Positions 48,521 through 61,335 of a stretch of DNA of 61,335 bases are shown here, piece by piece; the stretch's first letter is position 1; the number at the start of each line of letters is the position of its first letter. The DNA is from Carcharhinus longimanus (Eukaryota), in the NCBI GenBank assembly GCA_030264375.1, contig JASCQW010000032.1, forward strand, positions 60,526,314 through 60,587,648. The letters are read 5' to 3'. Both the position numbers and the translations under genes were made by a program. The notes beneath the pieces were generated by a model. It worked only from the letters and a program-made list of their open reading frames with translations. It was not told the DNA's origin and did no database searches.

Positions 48521-51500
48521 AATTTATAAAACATGGTCAAAATCATGAAGGATCTGGAGAGTGTAAATAGAAAGAAACTATTTCCATCAGCAGAAGGTCA
48601 AGAGTGCTAAGGTGATTAACAAAAGAACCAGAGACAACATAAGGAAAACGTCCTTATGCAATAAATGTTTGGATTTGGAGTGCACTGCCTAAGCGTGTCT
48701 TGGAGACAGATTCAATTGTGGGTTTTCAAAAGAGAACGGGTTAATTATTTGAAGAGAAAAGATTTTACTGGAGTACAGCGAAAGGTCGAGGATTGGGACG
48801 AGCTAAGTTGATTTTGCAGAGACATAGGGACAATGTGCTGAGTGGTCTCCTTTTGTGCTGTAACCATTCTACGATTCTAGTATAGATACATTTCAGGAAA
48901 TGGATAAACACGCAGATGAAACATTAGGTTTCCCTGATTCTATGATCAATGGTGAGAGGATGTTTGTGTGGAACGTAAGTAGCAGAATAGATGAGGTGGG
49001 TCAAATGGCCTCCCACTGTGATGTGAATTCCATATAAAGCTGCCAACAAGGAATACAAAGAGTACACTACATCCCAGATCCTCAGGCCATCGGCCAATGA
49101 ATTAATGTGAATCACTTTCTCGCTCCACCCCACAATTTCTCTTCCCCTTCCCAAACCCTTTCACCACCTCCACGCTTTCTCCCCATCAAATGCTCTCTCC
49201 GCTCTACATTCTATCTCCTCAACACTCTCTTCCTCCCACATTCTTTCTTCCTCCGACACAGTCTCCCTCCTGTAACCCCCTCATATTCTCTCTCCCCAAA
49301 CCCCCCTTACTGTCTANNNNNNNNNNNNNNNNNNNNNNNNNNNNNNNNNNNNNNNNNNNNNNNNNNNNNNNNNNNNNNNNNNNNNNNNNNNNNNNNNNNN
49401 NNNNNNNNNNNNNNNNTGTCTATCCCCCACCTCCCCCCACCCCCACCCCCACCCATCTCTTCACACTCTCTCTCTCTCTCACACACACAGTCTCCAGTCA
49501 CTCACTGATATGTCTGTGTGTGCCCTGCTGCTCCAGCTGCCTCGCCTGGGCCCTGCTGCTCCAGTTGCCTTGTTTGGGCCTAGCCAGTCCAGTTGCCTCA
49601 TCTGAACTCCTCACCACTGCTCCATCTGCCCCTCCTGGGCACCACATTACCACTCCAGCTACCTCACTTGGACTGGCACCACCACTCCAACTGCCTCACA
49701 ATTTGGGCCCTGAAACCTACCTTCAACACTTACCTCCCCAAAGGTGAGCCTATCAGCAGAAAATTCAGGGAGGAACCAGCCAACAATTGGATCTGAGCAG
49801 CTTTGCAGCATTTTTCAAATATCAGTGACTTGAACCCCAGGTTTGATGGGCTGCACTGAGCTTGCAAGTCTGCTCAAAATCGAAGGTGCTGAAGCAATGC
49901 TTTGGTACGCTCCAGGAGCATTACATCACTGCATACATGGATTCCAGGTCAAGGGTCACCAGATCACATGGGCCAGTGTTTCTTATTATCCAAGAAAAGT
50001 ACAGCTAATCACTTTGCAAACTCTTTTTTAAATTTTTGAAAAACAGTTAAAAAGTCCACAGACATTTTAGAGAAAATGTGAATTTTCCTGAGTCAACGGT
50101 CATTACAAAGCACATGATTGAAGCCAGTACCAGGTTAAATCTATTTTAAAATTGCTTAATTCATTACTGTATCTTAATATAAACTTAATGTAGAAAAATA
50201 TGGTGCATATTAAAAGCCAATTTTTCATAAATGGAGTAAAAAATGTAATGACCATAGTGAGAGAATAAAAGAACATTTGGCTTAACAGTGTCACACCATG
50301 TACAGACCATTTACAATCTACCATTTACAATGGACACTTGTCCATTAATGTTTTAAAAGAATATTCTGCATAAAATCTCAAAAGGCAATTATGCAAAACT
50401 CCAGAATACTCACCCTCATAGCTCTGCTGGAGCTGAAGTTATTCAGAAATAGAGTACCACTTTCTGGTTGAAATTAACTCTCATATCAGAGCACTTTACA
50501 CAGCAACACATTTCAGAATGTTACAGAATGTTAATTTCATATTATACTTCATTAAGAATAGGTCACTTACAAAATCTATCAATATTACAGATTTTAAAGC
50601 AAATTCTAATTTTTTATGGATCTATTATTCATGCACAGAGTTTAGAACTTTTTTGTAACTAATGATTATAAATTTATTTAAATTTTAGAAAATCTCTGGT
50701 GCCATATGATGGTGTAGTAATGTACTGTATCACAGCATGATAAAATGTAGACGATTGAGTCTTTGATCTTAACTGTGCCATCAGGAAAAGGTGTAAAGGA
50801 TGCAATGAATCACTAAACTGGAAATAGAACAAGTTATGGCTTTTTCTTCTTAACACTTCCTATCTATTCATTAATGAGTCACCCAAGGCTACTCCTAAGA
50901 ATGGCATATACTCCCACACACCTTTCATTAGCTAATTAGAAAATGGCTTTGTTTATAATTCGTACATAAGGTTGATCACTCTGAATCACCAACATCACGG
51001 ATCTTAAAAGGGAGCTGCATTCCTAGCGTCCACAGCATTTCTGTAAATTATCAGTTGATTCTCTGCCCTCACAGAGTTACATGGGCTTCAACAATAATCA
51101 CCTCTCCTCAGTCTAATTATTAATTGAACATCAGGCTTTCCGGGGGCCTGGAACTTAACTGGCCTTCAACTGAATCAACTTCCCAACAACCTTGAGTTTT
51201 TAAATGTTCACAGTTATTTCAACTTATTATGTTGAAAATTCAGATATTTCTACTTAAAATTTGTATGTCATGTGGAACTATTGTAAAAATTAATTGGATG
51301 CTATGGTCCATAACAAGGACAAATAAATATAAAACCAGAAATTAAATGCTTATTTATATAATACCTAGATGCAAGTCCACTGTGTCCATTTAGGACTCCA
51401 AGGTTCCAATGACTGGACATAGAGAGCAGGAGCCTGCAGGTCCTGAAAGATTTTCCAAGGCTCCTGATATGCTGGGCATCATTTGTTCCTGAATGGCCTG

Positions 51501-51570
51501 AGAATTTAGGACTTTCAAATGGTCCAGATATTTTCTCAGGATGGGGTTTCTATGAAACTGATCTCATCCT

Positions 51571-51807
51571 TGTTGCCACTGAAATAACTCCACAAAGGGT
51601 GGTGTCCCTTCATCAAATTTAGATTTATTTACTCATCAGAGGATGAGTACATCCTCGTACAGAGTATAAACCCAGAATGTCAGTAACCCTGACACTCCTT
51701 ATTATGTTCATGTGCAGGGCTCCCTGTTTGTACAAACCATTATTGCCTTAATCAGGGAACTCATCTTCTAAGACACCCACATTGTCAGCCTCATTAAAGT
51801 CATTACA
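51571..51807 (-). mobile_element. Putative short solo LTR
   Basis: Minus strand TGTAATG...AATAAA...GGCAACA. No TSD seen. Confidence 0.35.
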
Positions 51808-54800
51808 TAGTCCAGCAAAAGTGTGTAAGGACACCTAGGGATTTGACTCTCGTGTGTCTATTAGGTTGCAATGCTTGCTCATATTTGCAGTGTACTTCTG
51901 TTCCAGACCTGGAACTTTTGAGCATTTTCATCCTTGAAATATTTCACTACAATATTCACTCATGTTGTTTTTTTGTAATAAATAATCGTGTGCCCAAATG
52001 TCATCAACGCCATCCTGCTTAATGATATACTTCTGAAAGAAAAGTAAACAAAAATACATTTCTGGGAAAAGGCAGACTGCAGACAGAGTGGGACTAACAA
52101 ATGAGCTATGGATGGCCAGAAATAACTTCAATATCCATATAAAAGTACAATTATTGTTCTCCATATTCAATATAAATAGATAGCTAGATATATTTTCAAT
52201 TAACTATTATGTACAATTTGCATGAAAGAGAGGTAAATTGCTCAATGAGCTATGGAAGAGGAAATAGGCAGATGAAAGTGAATGGAGATGTATTGAAGGA
52301 TAATATTAAAGGTAATTACTGGAGGAAAGATGAAAAATCAGTGGGAAAGAAGATGGAGAGAGAAGGTCAAATGTATGGTACTTGAAAGATAGAATTGGCT
52401 GTCTTGGTGATGGACCACATGTGAGATTTGGAGATTTGAAGTAAGACACCAAAGTTTCATACCATCAGGTTGAACCTGAGCCATATGGGAAGGGGAAGAG
52501 AATCAGAAATTGAAGAATTTGGTTTCTGTTCAGAGCCAAGCAGAATGGCTTCAATCTTACCAAATGGAAATAGAACAAATTTCTGAGCTTAATCCATAGC
52601 TTGTAATCGAGTGCGAAAGAAACAATAAGGAAGTCAAAGGCGGTTTGTGGAAGTAAAATTGGATGCCTTCGGGGTACAAATGGCTGACTCAGAAAGTTAT
52701 CAGGCAAATAAGCTGTATATAAATTCGGGTCAGGAGATGAAGCGACTATGAAAGCAGGGAAGAAGAATCCATTGGTGATTAGTGAAGTCTACACTTATTC
52801 TTTTGATGTCACCTATCCCAGCTCCCACCATCCCGTATAATCAATATCCACAATGGAGTAAAGTGGTCATTAAACTCCCAGTCTTTAGCTGGAAGATTTT
52901 CTTTACACATAAACTTATATGCAACAAACAACAATACAAGTCTCACATTGCTTGATGAATAACATTGCCAACTCTCCCACTATGAGCTACATGTGGAATG
53001 TTTGGATTGGGTTTTCCCATCCATTAGTTCTGGGCTGGAGACAGGAGAATGGCAATATGGCAATATAGCAGGGGTCGGCAACAGCAGTGGTAGCCCAGCA
53101 GTGCCCTGTCAACTTAAGTGTCAAATTAACATCTACTTTTACTCCCATGAGCACTTTGCTCATATTGGTGAGAGTGCTGACTGTCATAGAAAGTTGGAGG
53201 GGGCCTGCCTTTATTTGTTCTGGCTCTCCTTGCCCCCCCACCACCCAACCCCCTCCCATAGCAATGGCACNNNNNNNNNNGACTCCCCCCCCCCTCCCAA
53301 TATCACCGATGTCTGCTTACCTAGGCCTGGCTTCCCCAAAAGACCTACAGGCTCTTGGAATGTCAGCAGTGATATTGCCACCAGAACAGTGTTGCCTTCC
53401 ACTTTTGGTCCCAGTGGCAAGGCAATAATGTCCCCTGTAAATTGCAGCCTTTGCACGTTACTGCATCTTACATTATCCAAAGGAATTCGCACCTTTTGTA
53501 TTCTTTTTAAAAGAAAACAGAACCCAGAACAGCTGGTTGGTGACAGATGATGGACCCTCAAACTTGAGAACTCTTATTTCCTATGGGAGAAAGATTTACA
53601 GATCTTGGGGAGAGGCTATCAAAGTTGTTGGAGACAGGACGTGGGAGTGTATGTTACAACTGAGGATTCATCTAGACATTTTGAATTTGAATTTGGAAAC
53701 CCCAAAAGAACCATCTTTTTAGAACTATCCCAAGAGATTCTAATGAAATACATATGGAATATATTCCCAAAAAGCTCTTTAATGGTTAAAATTGACATAA
53801 GTAAGATAAACTAGTCTTAAAGAAAACATTACATTCATTTTTATGAAATGTATTTTTGACCTATAATTATAATTCTTCTGCTAAATATTTATCATTGCCC
53901 ACTCATATAAAAATTGTTTTATGTCAAGGGTTAATTTATGAGTTGTAATTTACATAGGTATCTTAAATGATATTTAATTTTATTATTTACATAATTGTAC
54001 TTTTACTCTTACTTTCTCTGTGTGATCATAATGGGAGAATTGTTAAAATGCATCTATGGAATCCAAAGACCAAGAATGGGTCAAATTCTGGGCTGCCAAT
54101 CATCTCCCGCTTACTTTTGTACCCTCAGACTAATCATATTTATTTGTATTTAGCAAATGAATGAAAACCCCTGATTTCATTTCATTTGTCACATTGGCCA
54201 CAATCAAACCATGGTTTCATCACATCTTTGCTTTAAAATCACTTGTTTACTGATGGCTGCTATGCTGTTGGGTCTAATTAGCTGACAATTACTTTGTTAT
54301 TACTGCATGTAATTATCTTTTCCGTAAAAAGAATGCAGCTGACCAGAGTAATAAAACTGTCTGCCCTGCTTCCAAACCCGTCTACTACAGCCAATGAAAA
54401 TCTTTTCCTTGGAGAAAAACAAGAGATTGACACAGACTGCTGGTATAGACCCAAGAGGCCTTTTTCTCAATAATGCTGCTATCCAAAATACAGTAAAGGA
54501 CGAGTAACCTTGACACAATGTGAAACAGATGTTCTGCTTTTGTTACTATGATACATTTAGCAACCTCACTTCTTTAAGAATTAATAACCTAATCATTTTT
54601 AATATTTTCATATGTATAATAATGATCCTTAACAAAAGCAACTGGAATAAGTATGCAACAAGGCATAAATGGCCAGCAATACTTTAGATATATGAAAATT
54701 TAAATATTGCTTTCTATATAAAAATGTAATTATATTTTTCTTACTCAATATAAGCAGATTACAACGTACATTTTCAATTCACTATTATCTATAAATACGC

Positions 54801-56044
54801 GACAAAGTAAATCACTTAATAGTGAATCATAACATTTAGGGAAAAGCTATTTCCTGTATGCTGATGGGAAAAACATCTCCTGTCCAAGGAATAGTCACAA
54901 GATACCCTATATCTTCAGTTGTCTTGCCACTATTGTTTTAATTTGTCACAGTACATTGCTGTGATTATGATCAGGGATCTCACAACATGATGGTTAAAAA
55001 AGATGACATCTTCTCGGCTAAACCAGAGATAAAATTGGACGTATTTTAAAATAAACCATAGGTCTTTCATTGTAAATCAATAATAAAAGTTTGGAAAGGA
55101 ATTTAGGGCTCAAATTCAATTCAATTCAATGCTTATGATTTCATTAACTGCTTCAATTTCACTCTCCCTATTTGAATCCCAAACGAAGCTACTTGATTGA
55201 ATAATCAAACTGTATAACTCACTGCCAGGTGCGTGTTATACATTTTATATTAGGCATATCTGATTTTGTGCATCATATGTATCTAGGCGTCATCTCATTT
55301 ACATATGGAAACTACTATTGCCTGCAATAAAAATGATTTTTATTACATTGTTGCATGACATGCATATTTTATATTATACCCAAAATGAATAAGTATGCAG
55401 CCTCTGGCAGATGAATTACTTACAGGAAAATATACACCAGATGTTACTTCCTTCAAATATCTTAAATGAAAAAAATGAAAGCCACATGTAATCCATTAGC
55501 AGCTATTTTAATGAAATTGTACAGTTTCTTACGAATGCAACCAGTTAAAGTATTGGCCAATAAATTTCAATTATCCTTATCAGGTACCTGAACGGAATAA
55601 GCATGTGAAAAATGTGTATCAGAAACTTGGAATGTTACCTCCTTTCTGACTCAGCGCTTGAATATGATTTATCCTACAACCCAATCATGCCCTATGAGAT
55701 TGTAAGCATAATCCAACAGCTCTCTCTGCAGATACCATTTAAAAATATGCACGGCATGATTTGCAGTCAAGCAGAATATTCTGGAGTGTGGTATCTTGCA
55801 TCTGGCTTCAACTATAGGCAGTGCATTGCAATGAAAATATTGCCACCTACTGGTCACTTTTTAGCCATCTGATTTAACAATCACAGTTCACCAATTCTCT
55901 TTCTATGTAAGACTTGAAACTTATTGTCACCAGCTTCATCAAATGAATGCTTAAAGTATTCAAGCGGTATCTTTCTACTATTTTAGCACAGCATACTAAA
56001 TGTCACCGCCTGCTGTACCAATAACCATTTTCAGGATGGTGAGA

Positions 56045-56165
56045 AGGATTTTACAGCCTCGCTCACCCCAAAACCGTAAAATCCCGCCCAAGGTCAACAG
56101 GCCTTTCCACTGTCCACCCCTCTCCCAGACCGATTCCTGTTGCGGGTGAGGCAGTAAAATTCCAG
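56045..56165. repeat. Short GC-rich MITE-like repeat
   Basis: Inverted termini 'ggattttac ... gtaaaattcc'. Confidence 0.5.
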
Positions 56166-56237
56166 ATATTACATTGATGAGTATCTATTGAACTTTAATT
56201 GGTAAATACCCATCAAAAAGATTTGCCAATTGACATC

Positions 56238-56413
56238 TAAAAGTCCAAAGATGTACGGCTTAGATTGACTGGTCAGATTAAATTGTTCTTTAGTGTCAGG
56301 GGAATTGGTTAGGTAAATACATGGGGTGATGGGGTTAGGGCCTGAGTGGGATTGTTGTTGGTGCAGGCTCGATGGGCCAAATGGCCTCTGTCTGCACTGT
56401 AGGGATTCTATAA
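56238..56413 (+). mobile_element. 3' half of an HE1-like SINE
   Basis: 'agtccaaagatgt...ctgcactgtagggattcta'. Confidence 0.8.
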
Positions 56414-56434
56414 TTTGTTAGAGTGAATACTCAG

Positions 56435-56760
56435 GTATTTGGACATCGCCGTTTGGGCCAGCATTGTTCATCCTAATTGTTATTAAACTGAATGGCTTGA
56501 TAGACCATTTCAGAGACAGCAATGAATCAAAAACATTGCCATCGGTCTGAAGTCACATATAGGCCAGGCCAGATAAAAATGACAGATTTCCTTCTCTAAA
56601 GGACATTAATCAACCAAATGGGTTCTTACAATAATGGTTTCATCATTTGACTTTTAATTCCAGAGTTTTATCTAATTCAAATTTCACCATCTGCCATGGT
56701 GGGATTCGGACCCCAGTCCCCAGAATATTACCCCAGGTCTCTGGCTTACTAGTCCAGGGA
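56435..56760 (-). mobile_element. tRNA-headed SINE, same family as 32612-32978
   Basis: Shared head, core and tail. Confidence 0.75.
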
Positions 56761-59700
56761 TGATCCTGTCTCCACTTGTAATAAGTATGTGTAACATGAT
56801 TACATTTGAATTTTGAAAGTGCATTGGTAGAAAATATGTAAATTTATTAAGCAAGCAATTAAGTTTAAGTTTTTCCAAAAGAAATATGAAGAAATAGAAA
56901 ATAATGAGAACATTTAAATGTTGTCTGTACTTCATATCAATTATAATTTGCAAGCTGAGAGTGTAGGAAATACAGGAAATTTTGGGAATTGAAAAATATC
57001 CATCAATCTTTTTTTTTATTGATCATGATCCCATCTTCCTATATGCATCTAAACATCCTTTTCCCATAAATATTTTATTTGACTGTATCCATTTATTGTA
57101 TTTACTTCATTGTGCGTCAGTGGCAATTATCTGTATCTCTATAATTCTTAGTTTGAATCCGTTCTTTCTTGATTTCATACCTACTCTTAGTTTCCTAATA
57201 TCTAAATGACGACTTTCACTTATTTTTAAACTTGAGTCAGTGTGAGCAATTTGGGCTGAATTTCTTTTCAGCCTGAGGCTAAATCCTGTACCTCATTCAG
57301 AAGCACAATTGGAGTGAGGAGAGGGGGAGGGGGAGGTGGAGCTGGTCCAGTTCAGATACACCAGATCTCAACTCAGGCTGTCAATTCCCAGTAGGGTCTG
57401 GAACAGACAGAGATCCTTAGTCCATCTCTAAGTACATAGCTACACTGGTGCATTTTGGTGAAAAAGTGTGATTAATGCTTGTGCATAGGACTTCAGCCCT
57501 GCAGCCAGGATTTTGTCAGGGCCCATAGCCTTCACTGTGTCCGATGGTCTCAGTCACTTCTTAATGTTACACAGATAAATCAAATTGGCTGGATTTTCTC
57601 ATCCGAAATGATAGGGACCTCAGAATTAGGTTCAGTAGGATTATATACTTTGTAGGGATTCTCAATATATTTGTTTTGTGCCCACCCGCCACTGCACCCC
57701 CCATATTATAAAAAATTCACAGACCCTCAAAGAAACATTTTTTTTGTATAAAAGTTAGCTATGCAAATAATATTTTTTGATTTATTAATATAAAAAATCT
57801 CTGTTTCTGGCAGGCAATAGAACCAGGCTCAAGTTAGGAGAATTAGATCAATGCTCAGGTAAAGGGCGTAGTGATGTCTTGCAGCAGCTGCAAGCCTCAG
57901 AGCGATGGAGAGTCATATTAAACTCAAAACAGTTCTACAGACGTGCTGAGTTTTTCCTGCAATTTATTTTATTTCAGATTTTCAGCAACTGAAGTGTTTT
58001 GCTTTTATCATATTTAAATATAGTTTGAATTTACTGAGGAATTCCCTTTTGGCCTTAAAAGGGCAGGCCAGTTGAACACATTTCTTTCAGAGCAGCATAA
58101 TAATACATTGTTATATAATATTATACTCCTATCATTAAAAAAACACTCAATTTACCATGGGCAACAGCACTGGCAATACTCTACTATCCATTATGTTTTA
58201 ACGAAAGTTTTTTTGACATCTAAGCAATGCAGTATATTTTTACATTATCAGTTTTCAGTTTCATGTACTGTACAAGGCACATACACATGCATCTATTTAA
58301 CAATTCAGTCCATTAATTCTGAACTGAATAATGAATAACAGCCCGTTTTGTTTAATATGTGTTGACTATTGCAAGATCTCCTTCTATTTTGTAAAACTGG
58401 GATAGAAGCATAGTTCCAAGATTAAGACAGTCAAGGTTTTCATAGACTCTACGTTTTATTTTGGATAGCATAGATTTTATCACAATATATTTTATAGCTC
58501 ACTGAAGAGTACCTGTTCAGTATAATTGGAATCTCAACTGTTGTTCGTAACAAGTCTGAAAGCCAAACATTCCTGCTCCTAGTCTTACTTTGGCAGAAAG
58601 TTAGACAGTGTATAATATTATCTCTTTGTGATAAACCATCCATGTAACACTGTGAATTGTCTTATTTTTAAAAACAATAACAGATTTATTTTGATATCTA
58701 CCTTTATTCTGCTCCCTCAATTGAATTCAATGTTTCCTAAGTCCATCATATAATATTTTAAAACTGCTTGCCCTTATGCGTTTGCTGGTTTATTTATTAT
58801 TTCTTAATGTTTGTTTGTATTGCTAGTGCTCTATATGTCTAAAACAAAATAGTTTACATATACAGAGGGTATGCCCCATGTACTTTGAGTCACTAACTGT
58901 AACCTCCAACTCGATGGCACAGAGAGCATAGCAGCTAATAACGAGATGTGTGAGTGGACATGTAACCCATTCATCATTCTGTTTAGGCCAATATAAGGGT
59001 CTTTTTATCAGCACTATTTGTACCAATGTCATTACCCTTGGTATAAATCTTCTGTCAAAGGCTCTGGTAGAAGCAATGTTGTTGTCCTATTAGTGCCTGT
59101 GATCTGAAATAATCACTAACTGACCTCTGGATGTCTGTAATTAACTTTTGGCCTGCTGCATGCAGCCACTGACTAAGTCAAACGATGTGTCTCTACATGT
59201 GCATCCTCTACAGGGGTTTTACTTATTAGGTGAAATCTATGTTCCTAATGAAATATGGATAATGTATTGTATTCTGTCCATTTATGTACATGGTATGGGG
59301 AGTTTCATGCTATGGCCTATTTACATCTTCAAAGAAAGAGATATAATATTAGCCTTAACGCAATTATAGCAACTGAATCCAGAAATGCATTGTGCATGAA
59401 TGAATTAGAAGAAAATGAAAGAAACACGATTGTATATTTTTGAATAAACAGTTGAATGTATAACATTCAACTGGATAAAAATGTGATTTCTTAATTTCTC
59501 ACAAAGCAAAATGATGCATGAATTTCCATAGGAATTCTCCCACTCTTTCATTATAACTTTAGCAGAAGAAATGCAGAAATCCTGAAAACAAGAGAACATC
59601 CAAGCAAATTTACCCTTTTGTTTTTGTCAAATTGCATTGTTGCATATTTATCCTCAGAATTAGTTTGACAAAAGCATTATTTGTTGACTACTTCATCATC

Positions 59701-60366
59701 AAAGGCTATTTGTAATATGTCTCAATGGATCTTACCTCTTCATATGAAGTTTTTTTGTTGCTCTGTGGTGCAAATCCAGGTCAGTTGATGGTTCTACCTT
59801 CGTCTCTGACAGGTTCAGTAACATAACTGAACAAGTGCTGTTTTGTGGTTATGTGTCTGCCAACACTGAGGCGCTAAAGGATAGGAGACAGTGCAGAAAT
59901 TAACTGAGAAATGTAAGTAATAGGTTCATTTATTCCAAATCCCAAGGGAATTCTTAAAGCATGTATTGAGCCTGGTTGATTCTGCACTAAATCCCTCGAT
60001 GACCAAGAGGCACTTCCATATCCAGCTGCCCAAAATAACAGTTTAGTAAAAGTTCAGAAGCTCTGCAATACAGGTACAGTAACATAGGGGTTATGTTATT
60101 GGGTGAGCAATCCAGAGACCTGCAGTAATGAACCAGCAGATTGTGAGTTCTTACACCACCATGGCAATTTGAGCTCCAGTTAAATAAAAACATTGCACAA
60201 AAGCAAAATACTGCAGCTACTAAAATTCTGAAACAAGGATTAAAAAATGTTGGGAATGCTCAGCAGGTCTGGCAACTTCAGTGTAGAGAGGTGGAGCGAT
60301 AACAGACAGAATTTTGTCTTATGTTCTTCTTATGTTCTTATTAATTCTTCAGCCATTCACATCAGT

Positions 60367-60478
60367 GGGATTCTCCAGTCTCGCTGGCAGTGCACTATCT
60401 GCAGATTTCCCACCGGCATGGGGGTGATGTCAATGGGGATTCCCATTGACAATGGCAGGACTACCAGAGAATCCTGCA
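60367..60478. repeat. Short palindromic MITE-like repeat
   Basis: Termini ggattctc...gagaatcc and internal hairpin tgtcaatggg-gatt-cccattgaca. Confidence 0.6.
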
Positions 60479-60494
60479 CTCGCAAACAATACGA

Positions 60495-61335
60495 ATTAGA
60501 GTCAAAGAGGTTTACAGTATGGAAACAAGCCTTTCAGCTCAACTTGTCCATGCCGTCCAGTTTTAACAACTAAGCTAGTCTCAATTACCTGCGTTTGGCC
60601 CATATCCCTCTATACCCATCTTACCCGTGTAATTGTCTAAATGCTTTTCAAAAGACAAAATTGTACCCACCTTTATTATTACCTCTCGCGACTTGTTCCA
60701 GACAATTACCACCCTATGTGTGAAAAAACTACCCCTCTGGACCCTTTTATATCTTTCCCCTCTCACCTTAAACCTATGCCCTCTAGTTTTAGACTCCCCT
60801 ACCTTTGGGAAAAGATATTGATTACCTCATCTATGCCCCTTATTATTTTCTAGACCTTTATAAGATCACCCCTAAGGCTCCTGCACTCCAGGGAAAAAAG
60901 TCCCAGTCTATCCAGCCTCTCCTTATAACTCAAACCATTAAGTCCCGGTAGCATTTGAATAAATCTTTTCTGCACTCTTTCTAGCTTAAAAATATCCTTT
61001 CTATAATAGGGTGACCAGAACTGTAAGCAGAATTTTAAGTGTGGCCTTACCAATGTCTTGCATAACTTCAACAAGACATCCCAATCCCTGTATTCAATGT
61101 TCCGAACAATGCAACCAAGCATGCTGAATGTCTTCTTCACCACCCTGACCACCTGTGACTCAACCTTCAAGGAGCTATGAACCTGTAGCCCCAGATCACT
61201 TTGTTCTATAACTCTCCCCAACGCCCTATAATTAACTGAATAAGTCCTGCCCTGATTTGATCTACCAAAATGCACCACCTTGCACATATCTAAATTAAAC
61301 TCCATCTGACATTTGTCAGCCCACTAGCATAATTG
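60495..61335 (-). mobile_element. CR1-type LINE 3' region (continues beyond the window)
   Basis: 151-aa RT C-terminal ORF 'MEFNLDMCKVVHFG...LVRPHLKFC...LRGDLIKV'. Confidence 0.92.

Noticed and set aside
49107-49747. Pro/Ser/Leu-rich ORFs
   Set aside because: Pyrimidine-rich low-complexity sequence spanning a gap.
53537-53722. ORF with KVVGDRTW, reminiscent of CCDC93 (the mammalian neighbour of INSIG2) KVVGGMTW
   Set aside because: CCDC93 is highly conserved and the rest of the ORF does not match. No convincing exon structure, so likely chance.

Overview
Cartilaginous-fish (shark-like) genomic DNA: AT-rich, intron-containing, gapped and dominated by elasmobranch-type retroelements. It holds one complete protein-coding gene, INSIG2, on the minus strand. 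The gene has a CpG-island promoter and putative non-coding first exon at ~29.8-30.3 kb, then five coding exons (24359-24110, 20767-20643, 19821-19655, 14057-13958, 11534-11493) that splice to a 227-aa protein. The intron at 19822-20642 is U12 (minor-spliceosome) type. The rest is layered TE debris: three decayed Ty3/Gypsy elements with nested insertions, many CR1-type and RTE-type LINE fragments, HE1-like tRNA SINEs with two different tails, a second tRNA-SINE family, Penelope-like repeats carrying minimal hammerhead cores, putative solo LTRs, short MITE-like palindromes and a decayed tRNA-Leu. The most unusual object is a ~270-bp retroposed element at 8052-8326. It has two U2-snRNA-derived heads, a hairpin-rich body, a microsatellite/poly(A) tail and an apparent target-site duplication, so it is a candidate U2-derived SINE. 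TE family names come from recalled motifs, not from a database search, and TE boundaries are approximate.
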